Virus record (IMG/VR): IMGVR_UViG_3300042868_006787
Location: 1 to 64,000 of that record
From: a virus
Length of the DNA stretch: 64,000 nt
Reading direction: 5' to 3' (one strand)
Shown here: positions 1 through 9,874 of the stretch, piece after piece
Layout: each line of letters opens with the position of its first letter
How positions within the stretch are numbered: position 1 is the stretch's first letter
Notes under the pieces: generated by a model
Told to the model about the DNA's origin: nothing
What the model saw: the letters and a program-made list of their open reading frames with translations, nothing else
The model's database searches: none
Made by a program: the position numbers and the translations under genes

Positions 1-1615
1 TAACAGTATCAGTATATTGACTTACAGGTCCAGACCAGTTAGCAACTCTAACAGTATAGGTAGCGCCTTCTGTCAAACCACTTAACTGAATAGATGCAGG
101 AGCACCATCTGTATTATATGTTCCACCTTCGTATGGATTTTCTGCATCTGGATCATCTGTTACTACTTGATAAAACCAAGTGTTTGCTGTATATCCTTCA
201 GGTAGGGATGGTGTAACAGTTGCGGTAGTTCCTGCAACAATTGGAGTTGAAATTATTGGGGCAGGGGTTGGAATGTTGTTATTAATTGCAGTAACTAGTT
301 GACTTGATTTAGTATTTAATGTTGACTCAAGAGATGTCTTTGTTGATACCGCTGAGTTTACCGTATTGGTTAAAGATGTAGTATTGATTGCATTTATATT
401 AGAAGTATTTGTTGTATTTTGTGCAACAACTGGGGTAAGGCTTGAGTTTAATTGTGCAATCGTTGCATTTGCTGCGTCAACCGATGCCTGAACTGTTTCT
501 GTGTTTAAATCTACATATGGAGTGAATGCTGCACCTTGACTTATTTGTCCAGCAAAACCTGCTCCAACATTAGTATCTGTAATTGGAATAAGTGCACCGT
601 TGGTTGTTTCTCTATAATTAAACCTTGCTTGATCTGGTATTGGTCCATTAGCAGTTACACTTGCTATCCATGCACCGTCATTTGGATTTACATCAGCATT
701 AAATCTTACTTGAACCATTTGCGTAGAGGCATCTTGTTGTGGGTATGGACGAAGGTCCCAAGCAATATCTAAACTTGTACCAGTTGTTGCATAGGTAATA
801 CCTGTTCCTGTGCTCCAGGTTGTCCAGTCCCATCCCGCTATAGATACGGATGGGGCACTTGGAGTTGTATGGTATACGCCACCCTCATTTACACCAAATG
901 TTATCGTTGCATTAGACCCAACATAAACGTTATTATAAACAGTTCCGCCCATTTGCATTCCGAACGGAAGATTCATTTGAACCCCAGCATCATCTACTCC
1001 AGCCAAAACATTTGTGCTAGTTCCAATAGTGGCTTGTAAATTGTTGACTGCTGTTTGGGCAGCATCAATAGCAAGGTTTGCTTGAGTTAATTCGGTTTGA
1101 GCAGTTGCCTGTGCTGTAGAGGCTTCTGTTTTTGCAGTGACTACTTCAGATATTGCTGTCTGAGCCTCTGTTATTTGTGTTGTTATATTATTTATGGCGG
1201 TAGTTGCAACAGTTACTGTAGCCTTTGCATCTTGAACTACCTGAGAACTTTGATCTATTGGGGTAACAGATAAGTCAACACCGCTAATAGTATTAATAGC
1301 GACTTGAACATTATTTATTTCTGTGTTAGCCAAAGATATTTTTGATGCCACCTCAGCCGTGACCCCTTGGGCTTGGGAATATTCGGTTTGTGCTTGTGTT
1401 ACCTCTACTAGAGCATTGTTCGTGGCTGTAATAGCCTGTTGAACCTCTGTAGTAGCCGTCTCAAGGGCTGTGTTAACTGCCTGTTGAGCAGGGCTAACAA
1501 TAACCTGCTCTTGATTATCTGCAGCATAAGCCTCGTTGGGTGCCAAAAAAGCAAAAACGGTTATGCATAAGGCAGAACCGAATATAATAAAAATTTTACG
1601 CTTTATATTATTCAA
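1..1615 (-). CDS. Large secreted protein running off the left edge (signal peptide, Ala/Thr/Gln coiled coil, NIDO-like beta region, FN3-like domain); absent from ORF track
   Basis: Manual translation from TTG at 1615 (GGAG upstream): MNNIKRKIFIIFGSALCITVFAFLAPNEAYA|ADNQEQ...LAGVDDAGVQMNLPF...IQLSGLTEGATYTVRVANWSGPVSQYTDTV; both ends are in the same frame, over 538 codons. Confidence 0.85.
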   Translation of the reverse strand, partial: MNNIKRKIFIIFGSALCITVFAFLAPNEAYAADNQEQVIVSPAQQAVNTALETATTEVQQAITATNNALVEVTQAQTEYSQAQGVTAEVASKISLANTEINNVQVAINTISGVDLSVTPIDQSSQVVQDAKATVTVATTAINNITTQITEAQTAISEVVTAKTEASTAQATAQTELTQANLAIDAAQTAVNNLQATIGTSTNVLAGVDDAGVQMNLPFGMQMGGTVYNNVYVGSNATITFGVNEGGVYHTTPSAPSVSIAGWDWTTWSTGTGITYATTGTSLDIAWDLRPYPQQDASTQMVQVRFNADVNPNDGAWIASVTANGPIPDQARFNYRETTNGALIPITDTNVGAGFAGQISQGAAFTPYVDLNTETVQASVDAANATIAQLNSSLTPVVAQNTTNTSNINAINTTSLTNTVNSAVSTKTSLESTLNTKSSQLVTAINNNIPTPAPIISTPIVAGTTATVTPSLPEGYTANTWFYQVVTDDPDAENPYEGGTYNTDGAPASIQLSGLTEGATYTVRVANWSGPVSQYTDTV

Positions 1616-1649
1616 TTGGGTGGGTCTCCAATGTATCTCTACATTGCCA

Positions 1650-1658
1650 ATTATATCA
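1650..1658 (-). promoter_or_regulatory. Extended -10 promoter TGATATAAT
   Basis: Reverse complement of attatatca, about 35 nt upstream of the TTG at 1615. Confidence 0.65.
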
Positions 1659-1688
1659 TTTATTAATTAATTAATGATAACAAACAAT

Positions 1689-1720
1689 AAAAAAAAGGGC
1701 TAGCGTTTGGCTAACCCTTT
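1689..1720 (-). terminator. Rho-independent terminator
   Basis: Minus strand GGGTTAGC-CAAAC-GCTAGCCC followed by T8, just after the stop at 1732. Confidence 0.85.
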
Positions 1721-1731
1721 AATTTATTTAA

Positions 1732-2739
1732 TTACTTAATCCAATTTACCTTTAACTTAGGGAACTTTGCATTCCACTTTTTAGCCAAAGCATTGAATTT
1801 TGCTTTTAGATCTGCAATAGTGTTCTTTAAAGTTTCGTTTTCTGCCTTTAAAGTTGCTGTTGCTGAATCTGATGCTACCTTATCGGCTGCACGTCCAGCA
1901 CGTTCTGCTGCAAGTGCTGAGTTAGCAATTGCTAATTCTGCATTCTTTGCTGCTAGTTCTGACAGAACATCACGTACTACAATTGTAGCGCTTACAGAAC
2001 CGACTGGTGTTGCTAAGCCTGTTACGGCTGTTGCTACTGTTGCATACGCAACTACTGTTACTGAACCAGTTGCAGGAATTGTTACTGTCTGCTCTTTTGT
2101 TCCTACAGTTGCAGTTGCTGTGTCAGTTGTTAATGCTGTTGCTAATGCTGATCCAGAACTTGAAACCAAAGTATTAATTGTGGCTCCACCTTTTAGATTT
2201 CCGAATACATCGTATCCAGATACCTTAAGAACTTGTGATGTACCTGCTGCTGCTGAGGCAGGAGCGGTTAGTGTAATTGAGTTCAGTGCACCTGCGGTAC
2301 CTTGAACATAATAAACTGTTGTAGTTCCAGCACGAGTAATAGAAACTGATCCTACTGCTGTACTTTTAGTATATACATAAAAGTCTGCTGATGTTCCAGT
2401 TCCTGTTGCAATCGAAAGTGTTGATGTTCCGTTTGACGCAGTTACTACTGCTGTTCCAGTAAGTGCAGGAACAATTGTTGCATTAACTGCAACTGCTGTT
2501 ACTACTGTGCCTGTATCTACTGCTGTTACAGCAATTTTCAATGCATCCGCTGCATCAATACTGTTATCTGCTGGCACTGGTAGTGATACAGGAGTTGTTA
2601 CTACTGTTCCACCTGTTGCTGCAGTTCCCGCCACCGTTAGTGTGACAGTTCCAGCGTTTGCTTGCGCTGCTGGCGTTACGAGCATTGTGCTAGTCAGGGC
2701 TGCAGCGATGATTAGCGATACTTTCTTGATATTTTTCAT
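1732..2739 (-). CDS. Secreted Thr/Ala/Val-rich surface (S-layer-like) protein with C-terminal coiled coil and basic tail
   Basis: Signal peptide MKNIKKVSLIIAAALTSTMLVTPAAQA|, beta-rich Ig-like body, C-terminus LKAKFNALAKKWNAKFPKLKVNWIK; AGGAG RBS. Confidence 0.7.
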   Translation of the reverse strand: MKNIKKVSLIIAAALTSTMLVTPAAQANAGTVTLTVAGTAATGGTVVTTPVSLPVPADNSIDAADALKIAVTAVDTGTVVTAVAVNATIVPALTGTAVVTASNGTSTLSIATGTGTSADFYVYTKSTAVGSVSITRAGTTTVYYVQGTAGALNSITLTAPASAAAGTSQVLKVSGYDVFGNLKGGATINTLVSSSGSALATALTTDTATATVGTKEQTVTIPATGSVTVVAYATVATAVTGLATPVGSVSATIVVRDVLSELAAKNAELAIANSALAAERAGRAADKVASDSATATLKAENETLKNTIADLKAKFNALAKKWNAKFPKLKVNWIK

Positions 2740-2756
2740 TTTTCTCCTATTTCTTA

Positions 2757-4538
2757 TTATAATAAGTTAAATCTATCTAGATAATCTTTTACATCATCAG
2801 GGATAGGTTTATATTGTATCACGTTCTCAGGTAGGTCGTCAACTTGCCTTGGCCTATCTTTGAATGTGTGAACCTCTATTTCTTGATTTACATTTTTAGG
2901 CGTAAAACTTATGGCACCAAATACTGCACCACAAACTGCGTCTGCTAAGTCTTTAGATTTTTTACGTGGGTGATCTACCTTCTTATCATTAATAATCTTA
3001 AGTTCTCCCATTTCTTCTAACAAAAGGGGGATTAAGGGCATAGCAACTCTCTCTTCATAAATCAACATAGCAAAATCTTCATAATGTTTCTTAGCAACAG
3101 AAACAGTATCAGTTCTAATACCAACAGACTTTAGTTCTTGTTGAATATCAAAAGATTGCCATCTATCGAATGTAACCATTCCAATATTAAACCCTTGCCT
3201 TCTAAGATTAATAATCCAATTTTTTACATCGCTAAGATTAACTGGGCCCTCAACTTTTGGTTCCCACCAGGCAACAGCGTCAACAATAACAACTGGAGAA
3301 ATTTGTTCATAGTCTTTTAAAACTTGAACATTTACCCATTTATCAACATGGGCGATTGCTACAGCACACTTGTCATGTTTTTGTGCAAGGTCAGCATGAA
3401 TGTAATAAGTCTTTTCTGGATCTGGTTTAAAAGAAGAATCAAACCTCTTATTATTATCTATTGGATTTCTTAAAGACATACATTTTTCTAGTTTATCTCT
3501 TTGTTTAAAAAAGGCATCAGATGAATACGTTGGCTTACATGCAAAACGCATTAAGGCATCTCCAGGATCTGTAAAAAATGATAACTTAAAGTCTTCAATT
3601 TTTCTTGTTGGATTTACTTCCCATGTTGGTCTTTTAATTGCTAAAACTCCCGGAAATTTATATGATTTAATGTGGTCTTCTTCCCAATTTATTTCAAAAG
3701 TGTTGTCTGGATTATCTTCTGGTAATGCTGGATTAATTATAAACGTATGTTTTTTTTCAAGAATTTCTTTTTCTGCAATTACATCTTCATATCTTTTAGA
3801 AATAAAGTCTCCAACATATCTTGGAAAAGATAGAAGTGCAACTTTTCCTAAATCTGGAAAACGAGAATCTACCGATCCACGAAATGCTTTATAAATATTT
3901 TCTGCAGTTTTCCCCTGCTCATTTGCGGTTCCAACTTCTGATGCAAAACCAGAAATTTCATCAAGGACGGCAAGTATTAGGTTTAAACCTTCATGAGATT
4001 CTCTTTCTGAGTGCCCAGAGTAAACAGTTATTGCCTTATTAAACTCTATGCTGTCCGCTTTAGCATAAAACTTTCCAGCAAACCATGGGGAAGATTCTAT
4101 TTTTGTTTTAAAACCTTTAAAGAAAACGTTTTTTGCTTGTTGGGCATTTATGGCAACGTTAATTAAATCTATGGCGTCTCCACTTGGTTTGCCAAAATAT
4201 TTTGCTGGATCTTTAAGACATAAAAGTTTATATACTAAGTATGCACATCCTACCGTAGATGTAAAATCTTTTCCGCTACCCTTGCCAAGTTGTAGAATGA
4301 TTTCATTTTTTGTATATTTATCATAATATGCGCTTCCATCATTTGTTCCCATTAAATTTTCAAGATCTTTTTTATAATAAATTTGACTCATTGCTTCGAC
4401 AATATTATATTGTATTTCTGATAGTGGGGGCTGACCAAGATAATTTGACGACTCAACAAATGTTTTTACGTCTACTGGGTTTTCTTCAAAGATATTGTCT
4501 TTTAATACTTCAAGAAAATCATTGAATGTCGTGGACAA
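2757..4538 (-). CDS. terL: Terminase large subunit
   Basis: Walker A LGKGSGKD, Walker B LILAVLDE, RNase H-like nuclease YYIHADLAQKHD...KDLADAV. Confidence 0.92.
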   Translation of the reverse strand: MSTTFNDFLEVLKDNIFEENPVDVKTFVESSNYLGQPPLSEIQYNIVEAMSQIYYKKDLENLMGTNDGSAYYDKYTKNEIILQLGKGSGKDFTSTVGCAYLVYKLLCLKDPAKYFGKPSGDAIDLINVAINAQQAKNVFFKGFKTKIESSPWFAGKFYAKADSIEFNKAITVYSGHSERESHEGLNLILAVLDEISGFASEVGTANEQGKTAENIYKAFRGSVDSRFPDLGKVALLSFPRYVGDFISKRYEDVIAEKEILEKKHTFIINPALPEDNPDNTFEINWEEDHIKSYKFPGVLAIKRPTWEVNPTRKIEDFKLSFFTDPGDALMRFACKPTYSSDAFFKQRDKLEKCMSLRNPIDNNKRFDSSFKPDPEKTYYIHADLAQKHDKCAVAIAHVDKWVNVQVLKDYEQISPVVIVDAVAWWEPKVEGPVNLSDVKNWIINLRRQGFNIGMVTFDRWQSFDIQQELKSVGIRTDTVSVAKKHYEDFAMLIYEERVAMPLIPLLLEEMGELKIINDKKVDHPRKKSKDLADAVCGAVFGAISFTPKNVNQEIEVHTFKDRPRQVDDLPENVIQYKPIPDDVKDYLDRFNLL

Positions 4539-5058
4539 TCGTAATCACCTCATTTTCTTTGGCAATATCAGATAGTCTTCTCATTACCTTATCTCTTATT
4601 TCTGGGTGTTCGGCTGCTATATCTCTTAATATTTCAACAAGGATTTCCTGTCTTTTTTCTATTTCAACCATCTCTTCAGCCAATTCTTTATTTTCTAGCA
4701 GGCCTGCCTTTTGTAACATTTCAATTCTAGACTTTTCAATATCTACAACAAGTTTAATTGCTTGAGTTTTTGCTGAAAGATTATTTGTTAAACTAGCCTC
4801 ATCAATAACTTCATATGCCTTTGTAATTAATTTACCATAATGAGCATCCATTGATGCCATTGCTTCTTTTGCACGGGCACGAATAGCATCATTAGCAGAA
4901 GCCATAACTTTCCATTCATTAATTAAAGTAACAACACGGGTTCTTGGAATATCTAACTCTTTGGATATTTTTGTTGGATCACTACCTTTTAGGTATTCTT
5001 CAACTACTTGATTAACTTGATCCAAATGTTTTATTATTTCTTGTTCTTGTGACATCAT
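4519..5058 (-). CDS. Probable terminase small subunit
   Basis: N-terminal HTH (PTKISKELDIPRTRV), helical body, overlaps the terL start. Confidence 0.6.
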   Translation of the reverse strand: MMSQEQEIIKHLDQVNQVVEEYLKGSDPTKISKELDIPRTRVVTLINEWKVMASANDAIRARAKEAMASMDAHYGKLITKAYEVIDEASLTNNLSAKTQAIKLVVDIEKSRIEMLQKAGLLENKELAEEMVEIEKRQEILVEILRDIAAEHPEIRDKVMRRLSDIAKENEVITIVHDIQ

Positions 5059-5888
5059 TTATTTTGTCCTTTAGCGTACATTTCGTGACAAAAATTTGCC
5101 CAATACTCGTGATATGCTTCTCCAAAATGATCCCCGTCTCTGGCGGATAAAGAAAATTGGTTGTCAGGGTTTTTTATACAAAATTCTGCTAAAGTTCTGA
5201 TAAAATCCCTTCTGTCTATCTGAGCAAAATTGTCAAGTTCCATTGATGCAAACATAGTATTGTATGAAAAGTAAAACAAGTTAACATTGTTTGATTTGCA
5301 AAACATTTCTAAAAACATTAAATAATGAAATGAATGAATTTGAATAATATCGGAAAATTCATCTCTTCCTTTATCGTCATACACAGCGTGATGAATTTTT
5401 TTATCATGTATTTTTTTAGAATCTTTTGAATAAAGAGCATACCTTCGTTGTACATTTGGCAAACAAATAAAAATTGATTCTGGCTTGCCGTAGTTATTAA
5501 TATATTTAAAAATATTAGCAACAATATCACAAATACCAGTGCCTGGCAACGCTAAATTAAAAAATCCAGAAAGATGAACTTCTTTATTTATTTTATTATA
5601 TAGTTTTTTAGCCCAAGTTTCGTTTTCTAAAAGTCCCAAACCATACGTAACCGAGCATCCAGAAAATAATATATGTTTTTCTTCATGATTTTTTTTAAAC
5701 TCGTCAGACCTAAATCCATCACTATTGAGTTTTAAATCTGGAGTGATAGGGTTTGGCTGGTAATAAGAAAATCCGGTCAACCCTTTTCCAAGTAAATTTA
5801 AGACTGGCTCACCAATGTGTAAGACATCGGGATTTGAGTAGCCATCAAAATTATTGTTTTCAAGTTTTGTTTCAAAATCATTAATCAT
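5055..5888 (-). CDS. SGNH/GDSL-like hydrolase or acyltransferase family protein
   Basis: LFSGCSVTYG block, FNLALPGTG, C-terminal DGDHFG (DxxH). Confidence 0.55.
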   Translation of the reverse strand: MINDFETKLENNNFDGYSNPDVLHIGEPVLNLLGKGLTGFSYYQPNPITPDLKLNSDGFRSDEFKKNHEEKHILFSGCSVTYGLGLLENETWAKKLYNKINKEVHLSGFFNLALPGTGICDIVANIFKYINNYGKPESIFICLPNVQRRYALYSKDSKKIHDKKIHHAVYDDKGRDEFSDIIQIHSFHYLMFLEMFCKSNNVNLFYFSYNTMFASMELDNFAQIDRRDFIRTLAEFCIKNPDNQFSLSARDGDHFGEAYHEYWANFCHEMYAKGQNK

Positions 5889-6213
5889 TTTTTTCTTTTG
5901 CCACCTTTAATAAAATCAAATATCCAATTAAATCATCAATATCGTTATCTCCAACCATCTCCGTACCCTTCATCAAGCGACTTAACTTGTCGTCTATTCT
6001 TACATGAAGTTGTTCTATTGAGTTGGCCTTGCTAAAAATTCTTACTGGATCTAAAGCAGAATTTCCATAAGATATATTTTTTTCAATTAACATTTGGGCT
6101 ATTCCCATACAGTTCATTAAAATATCATTTCCAGATGGAGCGGATAGTGAATGCAAGTATAAGTCATTATAAACAAAATGGTCAACATCTTGATAGACTG
6201 GAACTGGTTTCAT
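5881..6213 (-). CDS. Nucleotide-modification-associated domain 1 (DUF1599-like) protein
   Basis: KNISYGNS...RIDDKLSRL...DIDDLIGYLIL pattern. Confidence 0.65.
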   Translation of the reverse strand: MKPVPVYQDVDHFVYNDLYLHSLSAPSGNDILMNCMGIAQMLIEKNISYGNSALDPVRIFSKANSIEQLHVRIDDKLSRLMKGTEMVGDNDIDDLIGYLILLKVAKEKND

Positions 6214-6365
6214 CTTTTAGATCTCCTTAATCCAAACTTGGCAAGATATACGTAAATGGTTTCTACGCTAGCCCCGCACTCTTTTGCAATTTCTTGTGGA
6301 GACTTTTTATCCATAACGTATCGTTTACGAAGCCAAGTCTCACTTGTATATAGTTTAGCAGGCAT
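6210..6365 (-). CDS. Small HTH DNA-binding protein (start moved to ATG 6365)
   Basis: WLRKRYVMDKKSPQEIAKECGASVETIYVYLAKFGL. Confidence 0.7.
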   Translation of the reverse strand: MPAKLYTSETWLRKRYVMDKKSPQEIAKECGASVETIYVYLAKFGLRRSKR

Positions 6366-6369
6366 CAGA

Positions 6370-7014
6370 TTATTTGTCAACTTCTGCTTCAGAAATGTCA
6401 TAGTTAAACCTATGAGAATCTTCCAAAGTCCATTTATCTTGGTTTTCTACATCCCACTTATAATCATTAATTATTCTATCAATAACATAGTCCTTTTTTA
6501 AAGTAAAGGAAGGTTCATAAATACGAACCCTATTGTTAGGCTGAATAGCAAAGTTACCGTCATCTCTTTGTATAACATGGCCACATTTATGTTCCGCTGG
6601 ATTTTCTGAATAACCATCATCTAAAACATTAGAATCTGGGTTGTGCCAGTCAAGCGTGAACAAATATGTTCCTTTGTTTGTAGTTTTTGTTCTGTCAATA
6701 TATGACATTCTAAGATTTGTAAGGTTTTCAAATTTAGTCACAGATATGTGATGGCTAAAGGCATTCCATAAAACTAAATTATGTAAGTCTACTTCAGGAA
6801 CTCCAGGCTTTGTACAAAATGCACTAATTGGCAATCTCCACCACAGCCCACCGTCTTCCATCATTATGTGAAATAAAGGACTTCTGTTTTTTATACTAGC
6901 AACACCAAATATAACACATGGAAAATATTTGTCATGACTATCTAATTGATTCCTTAAATAGTTTCCACGAACATAGCATTCTATGGGTGGGATGTTTGCA
7001 TTTAACTCTGGCAT
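6370..7014 (-). CDS. Hypothetical protein
   Basis: 214-aa ORF, TAATG-coupled to the upstream gene; HKCGH motif. Confidence 0.75.
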   Translation of the reverse strand: MPELNANIPPIECYVRGNYLRNQLDSHDKYFPCVIFGVASIKNRSPLFHIMMEDGGLWWRLPISAFCTKPGVPEVDLHNLVLWNAFSHHISVTKFENLTNLRMSYIDRTKTTNKGTYLFTLDWHNPDSNVLDDGYSENPAEHKCGHVIQRDDGNFAIQPNNRVRIYEPSFTLKKDYVIDRIINDYKWDVENQDKWTLEDSHRFNYDISEAEVDK

Positions 7015-7187
7015 TATTTTTTATTCCTTTTTATAGTAGTAAGTTTATCCCAATACCCGCCAGGATTTCCCTGATAAGTTTGTCCAGTTTCACGATCTAT
7101 CAATAACCATTTTTCTGGAGACAAAGTCTTCACAACTAAAGAGACTTCATTTTCTTCTTCTTTAAAAACAAAACTATCTCTGTTCAT
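7014..7187 (-). CDS. Small hypothetical protein (start likely ATG 7187)
   Basis: Fills the gap between coupled genes; MNRDSFVFKEE... Confidence 0.55.
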   Translation of the reverse strand: MNRDSFVFKEEENEVSLVVKTLSPEKWLLIDRETGQTYQGNPGGYWDKLTTIKRNKK

Positions 7188-7776
7188 AAGTTCCCATCGC
7201 TTTGTTCCAATTGTTGATAGCCCAATGGCCAATGCCACAAGCATCGGCAACATCGTTATCTGTTATTGTTTTATCATACTGCATATTAACAAACCTAATT
7301 GTTTTTTCTTTTCTAACTTCTCTTTCTTGAGTTTTATACCAAGACTCTGATTTATTAGGAATTTCTTTTCTCATTGATATTTTTTCTTCTTTACTAAATC
7401 TTTTATTTCCAATATAGTTTTGCCAGGTAATAGGAGAAACAGATCCCATATCTTTTACTCCACAAGACCACATCGCAGCAAGAACTCCGCCTTGTACTAA
7501 TGCTAAATCTGATACTGTTTTAGGGCTATTCATGAAAACTGTGTGTTCGATTACTACCGCATCAATTTTATATAAATCAAATAGTGCTTTTGTTTTTGCA
7601 TAAGCGTCTCCTATTTTTTTATACACTGTGCTGCCAGTAAAATTTAATTTGCCAAAATATTTTATCTCTTTGTTATTAAAAACTGCAAACGCAATGTTGT
7701 TAGTGCTAGCATCAATAGCACAAATATTTTCAGGTATGACATTGTTAATACTAAGTATCTTTGCTATCACGAACAA
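7174..7776 (-). CDS. RuvC-like Holliday junction resolvase
   Basis: ICAIDASTNNIAFAV, VVIEH and DNDVADACGI catalytic acidic motifs. Confidence 0.75.
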   Translation of the reverse strand: MFVIAKILSINNVIPENICAIDASTNNIAFAVFNNKEIKYFGKLNFTGSTVYKKIGDAYAKTKALFDLYKIDAVVIEHTVFMNSPKTVSDLALVQGGVLAAMWSCGVKDMGSVSPITWQNYIGNKRFSKEEKISMRKEIPNKSESWYKTQEREVRKEKTIRFVNMQYDKTITDNDVADACGIGHWAINNWNKAMGTYEQR

Positions 7777-8044
7777 TCCTTTTTATTTTTTTTAAAACTC
7801 TAAAAACGTCTTTATTGTTAATCCTGCAAGTATTACATAGACTGTCATCATTATAAATAGACAAAGTTATGCCACAACCTCCTGAGCATTTTCTTGTTTT
7901 GTTTTTTCTTTTTTGTCTTTTTGCAACAGAATATCTTGCTACAATTTTTTCTTTTGTGGCAAGGTCTCTACAATCAGCGCTGCAGTAAATTTGATAAGTT
8001 ACTTTAGCCTTAAAGTCTTGGTTGCACCAACTACACTGCTTCAC
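7751..8044 (-). CDS. Zinc-finger protein
   Basis: CSWC, CSADC, CSGGC, CNTC. Confidence 0.7.
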   Translation of the reverse strand: MKQCSWCNQDFKAKVTYQIYCSADCRDLATKEKIVARYSVAKRQKRKNKTRKCSGGCGITLSIYNDDSLCNTCRINNKDVFRVLKKIKRIVRDSKDT

Positions 8045-8852
8045 TTAATTCCTTTAGGGAGGCTATCTTAATTATTCCATCTCCAGCCTCGTCACAAGTT
8101 TTCTTGACTGGACAATTTTTGCAAACCTTGGAATTGTTTCTGTAGTTTTTAATTGGTAACTGTTTATTCTTCCAGGAATTATGCACTTCATTCATCCATT
8201 CAAATGTGTTGTCAATCCACTGTCTATAGTGATCATTAACTTCAACAGGAAACAGTAATAACTCATGATTATTTTTATTTTCATAAATAACAATGCCTTT
8301 AGATTTTTTAAGAATCTTCATGTATATAAGAGTTTGTTCTATATGGTCTAATTTGGCTTTACCAACTTTTTTCCTATATTCAAATGCTTCTTGGCTTGTT
8401 GTTTTTATTTCTCCAACAATCTCCTCATCATTCCAAACTATCATACAATCCCCGTACCCAAAAATTGGTGGCTGAGAATTTATTACTTTAAACTCTGTTG
8501 TATCATTGTTGTCGTCGTCTTTAAAAGATTTTGCAATTCCAGAATCAAGCATTACTTTCTGAATTCTACTATGAGACAAAACTCCATTGCTCATATTGGC
8601 TATACTTGTAGCAGTGTTATTACTTTCAAAAGTTGTACCCTCAAAAGCAAGATACCAGTATCTTGGGCACGCTCCGTTGCCATCACTATAAGATATTGTT
8701 GATGGGGCAAAAGTTTTTTTCTTGGTAAATTTTGGAGTTTGCCCAATCAAATATCCATCATTAATTTTTTCAATCATACCAGAAACATCAAAGTCTGGCT
8801 TTGGAATGCTGTCTGTTTTAATCATAATTTGTTGTAATAAGTTTTTACTCAT
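8031..8852 (-). CDS. Cas4/RecB-like PD-(D/E)xK exonuclease with Fe-S cysteines
   Basis: CPRYW...GYGD...GEIKT...Q..IY...CKNCPVKKTC. Confidence 0.8.
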   Translation of the reverse strand: MSKNLLQQIMIKTDSIPKPDFDVSGMIEKINDGYLIGQTPKFTKKKTFAPSTISYSDGNGACPRYWYLAFEGTTFESNNTATSIANMSNGVLSHSRIQKVMLDSGIAKSFKDDDNNDTTEFKVINSQPPIFGYGDCMIVWNDEEIVGEIKTTSQEAFEYRKKVGKAKLDHIEQTLIYMKILKKSKGIVIYENKNNHELLLFPVEVNDHYRQWIDNTFEWMNEVHNSWKNKQLPIKNYRNNSKVCKNCPVKKTCDEAGDGIIKIASLKELSEAV

Positions 8853-8874
8853 ATATCTCTTTTCGTTAACATTC

Positions 8875-8883
8875 AGTATACCA
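8875..8883 (-). promoter_or_regulatory. Extended -10 promoter TGGTATACT
   Basis: Intergenic, 22 nt upstream of the exonuclease ATG. Confidence 0.55.
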
Positions 8884-8887
8884 GTTA

Positions 8888-9193
8888 TCAGCGTGCTATG
8901 TATTTGAGAGCAGAGACTAAATTGTTTACTGATTCTGCTGCAGTGTAGTATATGTTTTTCTTAGCCCTGTTGCTTTTATCCACATTGGCCATCCAGGTTG
9001 CTTTTAAAGATAATTTTCCCGCAATTGCTTGTAATCTAACTATTTCTATAGTGGCAACTGCAATTGGAATATCTGGTCTGGTAATTAGTTTAGCAATCAT
9101 TTCTAATGAAGTTGTAAGTTCTTCATCTTCCATATATTCTGCAATTTCTGCTAAACCATTTATGCTTTCAAGCGTTGTTTTGACTGGCTCCAT
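8888..9193 (-). CDS. Hypothetical helical protein
   Basis: 101-aa ORF, AGAGG RBS. Confidence 0.7.
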   Translation of the reverse strand: MEPVKTTLESINGLAEIAEYMEDEELTTSLEMIAKLITRPDIPIAVATIEIVRLQAIAGKLSLKATWMANVDKSNRAKKNIYYTAAESVNNLVSALKYIAR

Positions 9194-9857
9194 CTTTGCC
9201 TCTTTTCAGTTTTTCTAGTTGTTCTAGTTGTTCAAAAAATTGCTTTCTGTATTTAATCATTCTTGGCATATTATTGTGTTTTTCTCTGATAAACTCTTTT
9301 TCTACTGACGTCATTTGTTTTTCTGCATATGGCCTATGATCATCTTTGTTAGAAAAATGGAACACAATTACTTCACACCTGTCGTTTTCTTTTAAAATAA
9401 CTGGTGCCCTCCAATGTATTTTTTCTGCTGCTTCAAAAACTAATACTTCATTATTTTTTAAGAAAAATTCTTCTTCTTCTATAACTACTGCCCAATCAAT
9501 ATTACTTGACATTTGGTAATCAATGCTTACTTTTGTATAATAATTTTCTGTATCAAGATGTGGGGGTAAATTTGGAGAACTTCCATTACCATATTTGCCA
9601 AAATAATCTAAATATTGATAATGAGTTAACTCAAGGTCTGGATCATTAACATATTGCATTGCAAGTAATTTTAATTTTTCTAAGATTTTTTTTGGTACCT
9701 CAAATTCAATCTGTACCCTAGACATGCTTTCAATTGTCATTGGGGCGTAGCGACTTGTGCCTGGGGGAAGAATTCTATTCTCTTCAACCAGGTCTCTAAG
9801 TTTTTGCTCTTCTTCTTTGGTAAAAAAGTTTTTTACAATGCCGCAATTAATATCCAT
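9168..9857 (-). CDS. 2OG-Fe(II) oxygenase (paralog group A)
   Basis: LPPHLD (HxD) and distal IHWR. Confidence 0.75.
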   Translation of the reverse strand: MDINCGIVKNFFTKEEEQKLRDLVEENRILPPGTSRYAPMTIESMSRVQIEFEVPKKILEKLKLLAMQYVNDPDLELTHYQYLDYFGKYGNGSSPNLPPHLDTENYYTKVSIDYQMSSNIDWAVVIEEEEFFLKNNEVLVFEAAEKIHWRAPVILKENDRCEVIVFHFSNKDDHRPYAEKQMTSVEKEFIREKHNNMPRMIKYRKQFFEQLEQLEKLKRGKDGASQNNA

Positions 9858-9863
9858 AGTAAA

Positions 9864-9874
9864 ATTATACCCTA
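9864..9874 (-). promoter_or_regulatory. -10 box TAGGGTATAAT for a leaderless transcript; contains the upstream stop codon
   Basis: TATAAT 6 nt before ATG 9857. Confidence 0.6.

Noticed and set aside
8031-8852. Cas4 as part of a CRISPR system
   Set aside because: No array or other cas genes; solo Cas4-like exonucleases are common in phage recombination modules
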